Source: Eubacterium sp.
GTDB taxonomy: Bacteria > Bacillota > Clostridia > Lachnospirales > Lachnospiraceae
Reading direction: 5' to 3'
Assembly: GCA_051879635.1 (NCBI GenBank)
Contig: JBJEMK010000081.1
Location: 1-43,439 of the forward strand
Length of the DNA: 43,439 nt
Positions 18,564 through 26,835 of the stretch are shown in pieces (within the stretch, counting starts at the first letter, position 1; the number at the start of each line of letters is the position of its first letter). A program made the position numbers and the translations under genes. Below the pieces are notes generated by a model. The model worked only from the letters and a program-made list of their open reading frames with translations, was not told where the DNA came from and did not search any database.

Positions 18564-19774
18564 TTCGCTGCGTTTTCTCCTGCAATATATCCCGATGACC
18601 ATGCAAATTGAAGATTATATCCTCCACATATGCCATCAACATCAAGTATTTCACCTGCAAAATAAAGATTTGGTGTAATTAATGATTCCAATGTATTAGG
18701 ATTGATTTCACTAACATCAATACCTCCACATGTTACCTGTGAATTATTAAAATCATTTGTCCCAATAATGTTTACATTGAATTCTTTTATATTTCGTACA
18801 ACGGTTTCAAACATATAAGTATTAAAATCTTTTGCAGTAGTCGTAAATTTTATGTTAGATTTTTTTAGTATAACATCGGCAACTTTTTTGTTTATAATTC
18901 CATTTAACAGATTATGGGCATTCATATCAGGATGCAATAAAGCTTTGTGTATTATAAGTTCCATGAGGGCATCAAATTCTTTTTCAGGAAACAAGTCCAG
19001 CAAAACAAATACGTTATTTCCTTCATCCAGTGCTCTGGCAGCAAAATGGCTGGCGTTAAATACAGGAATTCCCGAAATGCCGTAATCAGTTAACTGTATT
19101 TCCCCCTTGTCTTTATAAATGCTCTTTTTGTTAACATACAATGTTATTGTTGAACTTATTCTTACACCCGACATTGATTTGAATAATTTATCATCTGATT
19201 TAAGGGCTGTAAGTGCAGGCAGGGGCTTAATTATATTGTGGTTAAAAGATTTTGCAATTTTGTATCCGCTTCCATCAGAACCTGTACCCGGTGCTGACTT
19301 TCCTCCTGTAGCAATAATAACAGAATCAAAATAAAAAGTATCATTATCAGATTTTACAATAAAAACATCAGATTTTTTTGAAATAGTTATATGTGTTTCA
19401 AAAATAATCATGACTTTTAATTCTTCACAAGAATACATAAGCATATCTAATACAGAAGATGCCTGTAATGAACTAGGATATATGTAACCGTTTTTTTCTT
19501 TCAGAGAAAGACCAAGTTCCTTAAAAAAATTCATTGTATCCTGTTGGTCAAAATTCATAATTACCTTTAAAGGAAATTCAGGTAATGATGCTCGATAACA
19601 TGAATCTGTTATTACCATGTTCGTAAGATTGCATTTTCCATTTCCTGTAGAAAGTATCTTCTTTCCTACCCTGCTTCCGTGTTCAAATATAGTTACTGCT
19701 GCTCCACATTTTGCGGCACTGATTGCAGCAGTAAGGCCTGCTGCCCCACCACCAATTACTGCAATGTTTTTCAT
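18560..19774 (-). CDS. HI0933/YhiN-family flavoprotein (BaiN-like; often annotated 'aminoacetone oxidase family')
   Basis: 404 aa. N-terminal IAVIGGGAAGLTAAISAA. C-terminal LYFAGEILDVDGICGGYNLQFAWSSG, typical of the HI0933 family. RBS AAGGAG. Confidence 0.8.
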   Translation of the reverse strand: MKNIAVIGGGAAGLTAAISAAKCGAAVTIFEHGSRVGKKILSTGNGKCNLTNMVITDSCYRASLPEFPLKVIMNFDQQDTMNFFKELGLSLKEKNGYIYPSSLQASSVLDMLMYSCEELKVMIIFETHITISKKSDVFIVKSDNDTFYFDSVIIATGGKSAPGTGSDGSGYKIAKSFNHNIIKPLPALTALKSDDKLFKSMSGVRISSTITLYVNKKSIYKDKGEIQLTDYGISGIPVFNASHFAARALDEGNNVFVLLDLFPEKEFDALMELIIHKALLHPDMNAHNLLNGIINKKVADVILKKSNIKFTTTAKDFNTYMFETVVRNIKEFNVNIIGTNDFNNSQVTCGGIDVSEINPNTLESLITPNLYFAGEILDVDGICGGYNLQFAWSSGYIAGENAAK

Positions 19775-19799
19775 TTGTTGCTCCTTATATGTGCATTAA

Positions 19800-20168
19800 T
19801 TAACTGGTATATGATTCAAGATATTGCAATATTACAGAAATATCTTCAACATATAAACCACTTTCTATTACTGCAAGTTCACTCTGTGTTAACGATGACA
19901 ATGGTATCTGAGTATCAAAATAAACAGTTTCTCTGTCTGCACAATAAATAATTATATTATCTCCATCCGTTGCAATCCAGTAACCATTGTCAACTGCTGT
20001 CGTAGATGCATTCTGTTCCAATGTGGGATTAGAATTATATATTTCATCTGATTTTGTTATATTATTGGAATTTGTAAAATTCAAAGAATAAAAATAACCG
20101 CCAATATATATACAAATAAACAGAACAACTAGACAAATAAAGCAGATAAGATATGCATGTTTTTTCAT
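19800..20168 (-). CDS. Small membrane-anchored protein, BofC C-terminal-domain-like
   Basis: 122 aa with an N-terminal signal anchor (AYLICFICLVVLFICIYIGGYF). The C-terminal GYWIATDGDNIIIYCADRETVYFDTQIPLSSLTQSELAVIESGLYVEDISVILQYLESYTS resembles, from memory, the BofC_C-like small proteins of Clostridia. RBS AGGAGG. Confidence 0.5.
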   Translation of the reverse strand: MKKHAYLICFICLVVLFICIYIGGYFYSLNFTNSNNITKSDEIYNSNPTLEQNASTTAVDNGYWIATDGDNIIIYCADRETVYFDTQIPLSSLTQSELAVIESGLYVEDISVILQYLESYTS

Positions 20169-20239
20169 GATGTTTCCTCCTGATTGTCTTATGTAGACAT
20201 ATTCATGCTTATAGTATCTGCAATTATTTATATTTTATA

Positions 20240-21904
20240 CTAAATTAAGTGCAATTTTTGTGCGAGTTTTATAATTAGTCGTCCTTTAGGAATAGTAGAG
20301 AGTTCTTCAACAGTTATTGCTTTTAGAAGCAAAAGTAATATTAAATATACAAAAGCACCGACTAAAATAGAAAGTATTGTGGCAATGGTATTTGTATATA
20401 CCGGTATAATTCTGATAAGAAGATTATATATTGCCAAGACAATAATTCCCATTCCTATTCCCGCCAATGCCGGATATATAAAAGTTCTCTTGATTTCCTG
20501 ATTATAACCAATATATTTTTTTATTGACCTGGCATTTAGTATACATACAATTAAAGCAAAGAATGCATCAAAAATCGCAACACCATAAATGCCTATATTG
20601 GTCAACATTAAAGCCAGAGGAAGAAGGATCAGATGAATAACAAGTGAAATTGATGAATTCTTCATTGGAATCTGCAATTTCCCTATTCCCTGTAATACGG
20701 CATTCGTTATAGTTGATAATGAAAATGTTGTAACGGTAAATATGCTAAGAATCATCATATTTGAAGCTAGTGAATCATAAGCAGTATTTCCAAAAAGCAT
20801 AATTACAATAGGCCCACCAAGAACAGAAAGACCGATTCCACAAGGAATTGCTATTATCATTGCGAATCTTATCACCAGTCCTATTTTACGTTTTACATCA
20901 ATGATGTCATTCCTTGCATGAGACATCGAGATTGTAGGTACAATTGAGGAAGATAATGCTGATGCAATTGCAATAGGAACAGTTGTTAAAACTCTGTATT
21001 TGCTGCTATAAACTCCCCAAAATGCAGAATATGTTTTTTCGGCAATGCCGGAGAGGCTCATAACATTTCCAAAAATAGCACTGTCAATTAGATTACTTAT
21101 CTGATATATTGTTGTACTGATTAGTACCGGTGCAATAGTAATAAAAAGCATTTTAGTAATTGTTTTATTACTATCAGTCTGTACTGTTGTGTCTGAAGCG
21201 AGTTTAGATTTTAAATCTTTCTTTCTTACAAAAAAGATAATCAAAATAAATATAAGAGCTGTAGCTGCTCCAGATAATGTGCCTAGAGTACCTCCTGTCG
21301 CTCCCCAAAGACACGCATTTGTTGTAGATTCCGAATCAGAGAGAGCATACAGACTTTTGCCATAGGTAAAAAGAACACTTGCTGCAGCAATACTTACAAT
21401 TGCATTGACAATCTGCTCAAATATCTGTGAAACAGCAGTAGGAACCATATCTCCCAGCCCCTGATAAAAACCGCGTAAAACCCCAACAATTCCCATTATA
21501 ACCAATGTAGGGGCTAAAACTCTCAAGGCATTTGCTGCAGATGGATATTTCATCAATGTAGCAAAAAAATCTGCTCCAAACCATGCAAAAGCACCGGCAA
21601 TACATCCTGTAATTGCGCCAAATATAAGCGCCCCCTTGAAAACTTTATATGCATTTTTCAATTCACCTTTAGCAATTTTGGCAGAAACAAGCTTTGAAAC
21701 TGCTATAGGAAGACTCATTGATGAGAGTAACAATAATATGCTATATACATCATATGCAACGGAATAATATCCGGCGCCTTCATCTCCTAGTATTCGGTTT
21801 AACGGAACTCTGTAAATAAGACCTATAATTCTTACTAGTATTCCTGCTGAGGCAAGAATTGTTCCCTGAATCAAAAAATTATTATTTCGTTTTTTATTAG
21901 TCAT
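20240..21904 (-). CDS. MOP-superfamily polysaccharide/lipid II flippase (SpoVB/MurJ-like)
   Basis: 554 aa with about 14 TM helices. The N-terminal FLIQGTILASAGILVRIIGLIYRVPLNRILGDEGAGYY is typical of SpoVB/MurJ-type proteins. The ATG lies 1 nt after the cdd stop, with no Shine-Dalgarno sequence. Confidence 0.8.
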   Translation of the reverse strand: MTNKKRNNNFLIQGTILASAGILVRIIGLIYRVPLNRILGDEGAGYYSVAYDVYSILLLLSSMSLPIAVSKLVSAKIAKGELKNAYKVFKGALIFGAITGCIAGAFAWFGADFFATLMKYPSAANALRVLAPTLVIMGIVGVLRGFYQGLGDMVPTAVSQIFEQIVNAIVSIAAASVLFTYGKSLYALSDSESTTNACLWGATGGTLGTLSGAATALIFILIIFFVRKKDLKSKLASDTTVQTDSNKTITKMLFITIAPVLISTTIYQISNLIDSAIFGNVMSLSGIAEKTYSAFWGVYSSKYRVLTTVPIAIASALSSSIVPTISMSHARNDIIDVKRKIGLVIRFAMIIAIPCGIGLSVLGGPIVIMLFGNTAYDSLASNMMILSIFTVTTFSLSTITNAVLQGIGKLQIPMKNSSISLVIHLILLPLALMLTNIGIYGVAIFDAFFALIVCILNARSIKKYIGYNQEIKRTFIYPALAGIGMGIIVLAIYNLLIRIIPVYTNTIATILSILVGAFVYLILLLLLKAITVEELSTIPKGRLIIKLAQKLHLI

Positions 21905-21905
21905 A

Positions 21906-22307
21906 TTAAATTGTGAAACTATATGGTAATAGTTCGCATACCTTTCTTTCGTTTATAGTGCCGTCAGAATTTATAGTAACAATAATTCCATCAGGCATAA
22001 ATTCTGATATAACCTGAAGACATATCCCACATGGAAATGTTTCTTCTTTATGTGAACTTACGAGCGCAATTCGCGTTAATGAAGTATATCCTTCTGAAAC
22101 AGCCTTGAAAATAGCAACGCGTTCAGCGCATATAGTCGCCCCATATGATGCGTTTTCAATATTGCATCCTGTAAATATGGAGTTGTCATTGGTAAGGACT
22201 GCCGCACCTACCCTGAATTCAGAATATGGAGCATATGCATATTCAAGAGCTGCCTTTGCTTCATCTATTAGTTTTTGGTTAATCATATCAGGTTTTTTAT
22301 TTATCAT
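21906..22307 (-). CDS. cdd: Cytidine deaminase
   Basis: 133 aa. Zinc-ligand motifs CAERVAIFKAV and PCGICLQVISEF. Confidence 0.95.
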   Translation of the reverse strand: MINKKPDMINQKLIDEAKAALEYAYAPYSEFRVGAAVLTNDNSIFTGCNIENASYGATICAERVAIFKAVSEGYTSLTRIALVSSHKEETFPCGICLQVISEFMPDGIIVTINSDGTINERKVCELLPYSFTI

Positions 22308-22316
22308 AGTATTTTC

Positions 22317-23459
22317 CTATTTTGCAAATGTAACATTGGAAGATTGCGAAGACTGAACTACTTCGACCCATGTTTTTCCAATATTTAAAGTTATTTCATC
22401 ACCGTTTTCGTTATAATAATGGGTTACGGAAGAAATGGAATCCTTTTTCCATGTTATAGGAATTATTCTGCCTCCCGTTGCATAATACCCTGAGCCTGAA
22501 CCAGTCACTGTCATATTAAGACTTTTTCCATCATCATATAATGTTGTATCATTAAATTGTATTATGATGTTGGTGCATGTAAGCTGGTTACCTGTAAGTC
22601 CATCAATATGTTCTGCCCCATACTGGTAACGCGAATACAAATTAGTCTTTTTGTTATAAACAAAATAAGGTTTATTGACAGGATAACCTATATTGACTGT
22701 ATTTGCTTTCTTTCCATCGGATAATTGTACTGTTTCTCCATCATCAGCAAAAATGTAATGACCATTATATTCGTCTGAATATTTTGTACTATATCCGTTA
22801 GCACTTGCCCCATAATCAAGTTTTTCTTTATCTGTAAAAACATTATGTGGAGAAGAAAAATCGCTGGAGCGATAGAATGACGAATTGCCAATACTAGATA
22901 ACCCGCTAATATTATCAATCTTGGTACTGTTAAGAAAACTTTCTGCATATTTTGATTGTCCGTAATGAACATATATAGCATCAAACTCAAGAGCAAAATA
23001 ACAATAATATAATCTACAGCTTCGTATAGAACCAATACGGCTTATATCGCTGCAATCTTCAAAATAAGCCATGAGCCTTGTAAGTCCGCCTTCAACAGGA
23101 CATTCATATATAACTCCTGCTTTTTCAATACCTGATTGTGGCAATGCTGCATTTATATTGTTAATCATAATTGCATAAGGCCGCCTGTTTGCGATTTTCT
23201 TATTAACCCATTCTCCTGTAAGGTAACTTTGTGCCTGTCCTTCATGTAAATCCGCAGTGGTTGTTTCTTCTGTAGTTGTTTCTGCAGTTGTTGTAAGCAT
23301 TTCAGTTTCTGTTGTAATGGTTTCTTCTCCATTAAAGAGAACTCCGTTAGCAAGAACTGCCACTACTCCTGACAAAACAATTACACCTGCCATAATTGAT
23401 ATTGCAGCTTTTTTATTATTGATAATCAATTTTTTTATTTTATTAAATAAATTATTCAT
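22317..23459 (-). CDS. DUF3048-domain (YerB-like) membrane-anchored protein
   Basis: 380 aa. N-terminal TM anchor, a Thr/Glu-rich linker, then PYAIMINNINAALPQSGIEKAGVIYECPVEGGLTRLMAYF, characteristic of DUF3048. Confidence 0.8.
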   Translation of the reverse strand: MNNLFNKIKKLIINNKKAAISIMAGVIVLSGVVAVLANGVLFNGEETITTETEMLTTTAETTTEETTTADLHEGQAQSYLTGEWVNKKIANRRPYAIMINNINAALPQSGIEKAGVIYECPVEGGLTRLMAYFEDCSDISRIGSIRSCRLYYCYFALEFDAIYVHYGQSKYAESFLNSTKIDNISGLSSIGNSSFYRSSDFSSPHNVFTDKEKLDYGASANGYSTKYSDEYNGHYIFADDGETVQLSDGKKANTVNIGYPVNKPYFVYNKKTNLYSRYQYGAEHIDGLTGNQLTCTNIIIQFNDTTLYDDGKSLNMTVTGSGSGYYATGGRIIPITWKKDSISSVTHYYNENGDEITLNIGKTWVEVVQSSQSSNVTFAK

Positions 23460-23472
23460 ATATGCTCCTTAA

Positions 23473-23967
23473 TTATCTGTTTATGTTTAAATCAGACATT
23501 ATTCTTTTCTGCTTGTCCTCCATTATTAAAGCATCAGATGGTTCAATATGATCATAACCAAATAGATGAAGCACGCTGTGGACTGTTAAAAAAGCAAGTT
23601 CCCTTAATTGTGAATGACCATATTCTTCTGCCTGTTCTATTACCTTTTCTAATGAAATTACCATATCGCCTAATATTAATTCACCCGTATCAGGATTAAA
23701 ATATTCGGTAGAATAAATATCTGACAAATTAAAAACACATGGTTTTTCATAGTCTATAAATGGAAAGGATAAAACATCAGTAGGCTTATCTATTCCTCTT
23801 GACTCACGATTGATTTCATGAATGCCCACATTATCAGTTAATAATATGTTTATTTCTGTTTCATAAGGGCAGTCAAGGAAGTTCAGACAGTAATTAATAA
23901 CTTTTGTCATTAATTCTTCAATATTAAATTCAAATTCTATATTGGTTTCTTTATCAAAATTAATCAT
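23473..23967 (-). CDS. ybeY: rRNA maturation endoribonuclease YbeY
   Basis: 164 aa with the zinc motif HSVLHLFGYDH. Directly downstream of phoH. Confidence 0.95.
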   Translation of the reverse strand: MINFDKETNIEFEFNIEELMTKVINYCLNFLDCPYETEINILLTDNVGIHEINRESRGIDKPTDVLSFPFIDYEKPCVFNLSDIYSTEYFNPDTGELILGDMVISLEKVIEQAEEYGHSQLRELAFLTVHSVLHLFGYDHIEPSDALIMEDKQKRIMSDLNINR

Positions 23968-23968
23968 A

Positions 23969-24964
23969 CTATTTTCTCACATTGTGCTCTGATTTTTTTC
24001 TGGAATTGACTTTGTTTTCATATTCTTCGTATGCTTTAACAATCTTTTGAACGAGAGGATGTCTGACTACATCCTGATTGGTAAGCGTAATAAATGCTAT
24101 ATCATCAACATTATTTAATACTTTAATTGCAACATCAAGACCAGATACCGCATTTGACGGCAGGTCTTTTTGCGTGAGGTCTCCCGTAACGATAACCTTG
24201 GAACCAAATCCTATACGTGTCAGAAACATTTTCATTTGCGCAGGTGTTGTATTCTGTGCCTCATCAAGTATAATAAATGCATTATCTAAAGTTCTGCCAC
24301 GCATATATGCCAAAGGTGCTACTTCTATAAGACCTTTTTCTGAATTATGAATGAAACTGTCCGCACCCATAATTTGATAAAGCGCATCATATAGTGGACG
24401 CAGATATGGATCTACTTTGCTTTGAAGATCTCCGGGCAGGAATCCCAGATTTTCACCTGCTTCAATTGCCGGACGTGTCAGTATTATGCGATTAACTTCA
24501 TTGTTCTTAAAAGCATTTATAGCCATCGCCATTGCCAGATATGTCTTTCCTGTACCTGCAGGTCCAATTCCAAAAACAATCATTTTATCTCGTATATTAT
24601 CTATATACTTTTTTTGCCCCAGCGTTTTGGGTTTGATTGGCTTGCCGCTTATAGTCCTGCATATTATGTCATCATCAAGAACAATAAGGGAATCTTCCTT
24701 ATCGTCAAAAGATAAAGACAATGCATAATCAACATTCTGCTCGGTAATTGCATTGCCTCTTTTGGATAACTCTATTAGTTGTTCAAATACTTTTTTAGCA
24801 CGCTGTGCGGCAACCTCACCTCCAATTATTTTAAGTTGTGAATCTCTTGATATAATTGTTACATGTAAAGTTCTTTCTATCTTTTTGATATTCGCATCAA
24901 AGTTACCAAATACATTTTTGGTATGCTCGGCAGGAATATCAAACATATTTTCAATTATGCTCAT
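23969..24964 (-). CDS. phoH: PhoH-family ATPase
   Basis: Walker A GPAGTGKTYLA and Walker B IILDEAQN. The start is uncertain. The ATG at 24964 (MSIIENMF...) overlaps the yqfD end, and the ATG at 24946 lies 4 nt after the yqfD stop. The track's TTG at 25024 lies deep inside yqfD and is unlikely. Confidence 0.9.
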   Translation of the reverse strand: MSIIENMFDIPAEHTKNVFGNFDANIKKIERTLHVTIISRDSQLKIIGGEVAAQRAKKVFEQLIELSKRGNAITEQNVDYALSLSFDDKEDSLIVLDDDIICRTISGKPIKPKTLGQKKYIDNIRDKMIVFGIGPAGTGKTYLAMAMAINAFKNNEVNRIILTRPAIEAGENLGFLPGDLQSKVDPYLRPLYDALYQIMGADSFIHNSEKGLIEVAPLAYMRGRTLDNAFIILDEAQNTTPAQMKMFLTRIGFGSKVIVTGDLTQKDLPSNAVSGLDVAIKVLNNVDDIAFITLTNQDVVRHPLVQKIVKAYEEYENKVNSRKKSEHNVRK

Positions 24965-26198
24965 CAGTGTCAGTAGGTCCTTCCTGATTAAAATTAATAT
25001 CAGTACATGCCCCGGTTTTTTCAATCACAATAATTTCTCCAATACTAAGACATGTATCATTACTGATAGTTATTTTAACATTATTTTCAATAATTTGTAC
25101 ACCTTTTTCCTCAAGTTTTTCCAAATATAGCAATAAATTACCTTCTGCTATTATTTTTGCCTCTTCTTTCGTATATAAAACATCTTTTTGAGTATAATTT
25201 TTTATACTGATTTTCCCCCAATATATAGGTAGATAATAATTATAAAATAATTTTAACTGGTTTTCATATTCTATATTTTCAAAAAACTTGTCACTGTTTT
25301 GACTGAATAATGATGTGAATATTCTGGAAGGACAGGCAGTTAATCTGTTTTCCCCTACCGAAACAAAAAAACCTGTATTGGTATCTGAATATACTTTTTC
25401 TTTGTGCTTTAGAGAAAATATATCAGAATATTGATAGGAACATTGCATATATATATCAGCATCACTGGTTACATATTTAGTAAACAATGGTTCGTCATAT
25501 TCATTTGTAACATTAATTGTACCGCTGATAAGAATGTCACCTTTTTTTATTATATCTCCTTCTTTTACAAGTGGTATACCACTTCTTGTTATTATTGATG
25601 TTATAATACCATCTTTAACTGCAGATATGTCACAAGGCTCTGCAAGTCCGTTGCTTTCAATATAATCATCGGTATTTTCGTTTATATGTATAATTATTCT
25701 GGTTCCTTTAATTTCTGCACTCACCCAGGTAATATCGAAATATTCATTACGCAGAAATGTCTCAATATCATCACAGTTTACTTCTGATTTCTTGATTCCA
25801 TGTACAATCCCTATTGTTGAAACAGCTTTTGTAAGTTCTTTGTCTGTATAAGTATAATTTCCGGTAAAACTTATGTCCCATATGAATAAAGACAAAATAA
25901 AGATAATCATGGAAAAAAATATTATTCCGGCAGCAAAAATCCACTTATGTTTATACATAGAATATATTACAGGTAATCCACGTTTGTATTCTACTTTAAA
26001 TTTTATTCCATTTTTTCTTAAAACTTCTGATATGTTTTTAAAGTCATCTATAGAAATAAAAAAAGAAAAATATTTATCATCAGCAACCATGTCCCATATA
26101 CGTATATGCTTTTCGCCACATAAGTTAATTAATCTTTTTATGTATTTTTGTTCTGTACTTATGCTGCAATATCCCTTAATAAAATTTAAGTTCATCAA
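24951..26198 (-). CDS. yqfD: Sporulation protein YqfD
   Basis: 415 aa. N-terminal LNFIKGYCSIS...KRLINLCGEKHIRIWD, one central TM helix, and position after yqfC and before phoH, as in Bacillus and Clostridium. Confidence 0.85.
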   Translation of the reverse strand: MMNLNFIKGYCSISTEQKYIKRLINLCGEKHIRIWDMVADDKYFSFFISIDDFKNISEVLRKNGIKFKVEYKRGLPVIYSMYKHKWIFAAGIIFFSMIIFILSLFIWDISFTGNYTYTDKELTKAVSTIGIVHGIKKSEVNCDDIETFLRNEYFDITWVSAEIKGTRIIIHINENTDDYIESNGLAEPCDISAVKDGIITSIITRSGIPLVKEGDIIKKGDILISGTINVTNEYDEPLFTKYVTSDADIYMQCSYQYSDIFSLKHKEKVYSDTNTGFFVSVGENRLTACPSRIFTSLFSQNSDKFFENIEYENQLKLFYNYYLPIYWGKISIKNYTQKDVLYTKEEAKIIAEGNLLLYLEKLEEKGVQIIENNVKITISNDTCLSIGEIIVIEKTGACTDINFNQEGPTDTDEHN

Positions 26199-26436
26199 TA
26201 ATCCCCTTGATTTTCATTTCTACACCGTCATAATTGCATATCATTAGTTCTCTTCCTGATATATGTACACGACTCTTTGTACCTGTAATTTTTAACTCAG
26301 TATCTGTAAATTCTGTAATACTTTTATAATTTTCAACAAGTAATTCATTCTGCCCTATAAATGTAATAAGCATTGCTCCCAGCATAGTATCTTTTGGCAG
26401 GTCACATGCCTCTATAATATTTTCAAAAACGCTCAT
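26176..26436 (-). CDS. yqfC: Sporulation protein YqfC (YabP/YqfC family)
   Basis: 86 aa. LPKDTMLGAMLITFIGQNELLVENYKSITEFTDTELKI matches the YabP/YqfC pattern. Overlaps the yqfD start. Confidence 0.85.
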   Translation of the reverse strand: MSVFENIIEACDLPKDTMLGAMLITFIGQNELLVENYKSITEFTDTELKITGTKSRVHISGRELMICNYDGVEMKIKGIIDELKFY

Positions 26437-26462
26437 AATATCACCATAACGGATTATTAATA

Positions 26463-26491
26463 ATTATATGAAGTGTGAGTATGCGAAATTC
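26463..26491 (-). promoter_or_regulatory. Candidate sigma-E-type sporulation promoter for yqfC-yqfD
   Basis: Minus strand reads GAATTTC - 14 nt - CATATAAT. The -10 matches the CATACAhT-type sigma-E consensus at 7 of 8 positions; the -35 match is weaker. It lies about 26 nt upstream of the yqfC ATG and just after the rpsU terminator. Confidence 0.3.
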
Positions 26492-26515
26492 AAAGAACTT
26501 TACTACAATTAAAAA

Positions 26516-26536
26516 GTCCCGGTAAGTTACCGGGAC
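26516..26536 (-). terminator. Rho-independent terminator after rpsU
   Basis: Perfect 9-bp stem GTCCCGGTA / TACCGGGAC with a 3-nt loop. It is flanked by A5 on one side and T5 on the other, so it is followed by UUUUU on the minus-strand RNA. Confidence 0.75.
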
Positions 26537-26557
26537 TTTTTAATAAATTATTTTTAA

Positions 26558-26734
26558 TTAGTTATATTTACGCTTTCTAGCGGCTTCAGACTTCTTTTTA
26601 CGACGTACGCTTGGTTTTTCGTAATGTTCTCTCTTACGAATTTCCTGCTGAATGCCTGCTTTTGCACAATTTCTTTTAAATCTGCGTAAAGCACTATCTA
26701 ATGATTCGTTTTCTTTTACGATTACATTTGACAT
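26558..26734 (-). CDS. rpsU: 30S ribosomal protein S21
   Basis: Not in the ORF track (58 aa). Hand translation gives [58 protein letters not shown], with a purine-rich RBS (GGAGGGAGG...GGTGA) upstream. Confidence 0.95.
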   Translation of the reverse strand: MSNVIVKENESLDSALRRFKRNCAKAGIQQEIRKREHYEKPSVRRKKKSEAARKRKYN

Positions 26735-26807
26735 TGTATCACCCTGACCTCCCTCCAGTTATGAATTGAGCATTAAAACTGTTTGGGTATTTTTTTGCAC
26801 AGATATT

Positions 26808-26835
26808 ATTATAGCATATTATTTCAAACCGTCAA
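26808..26835 (-). promoter_or_regulatory. Sigma-A promoter for rpsU
   Basis: Minus strand reads TTGACG - 16 nt - TATAAT with an extended -10 TG (TGCTATAAT). The -35 abuts the alaS stop codon. Confidence 0.6.

Noticed and set aside
23250-23327. Repetitive-looking DNA encoding TTETEMLTTTAETTTEETTTAD
   Set aside because: This is a low-complexity Thr/Glu linker between the membrane anchor and the DUF3048 domain. It is in frame and typical of extracytoplasmic tethers, not an independent repeat element.
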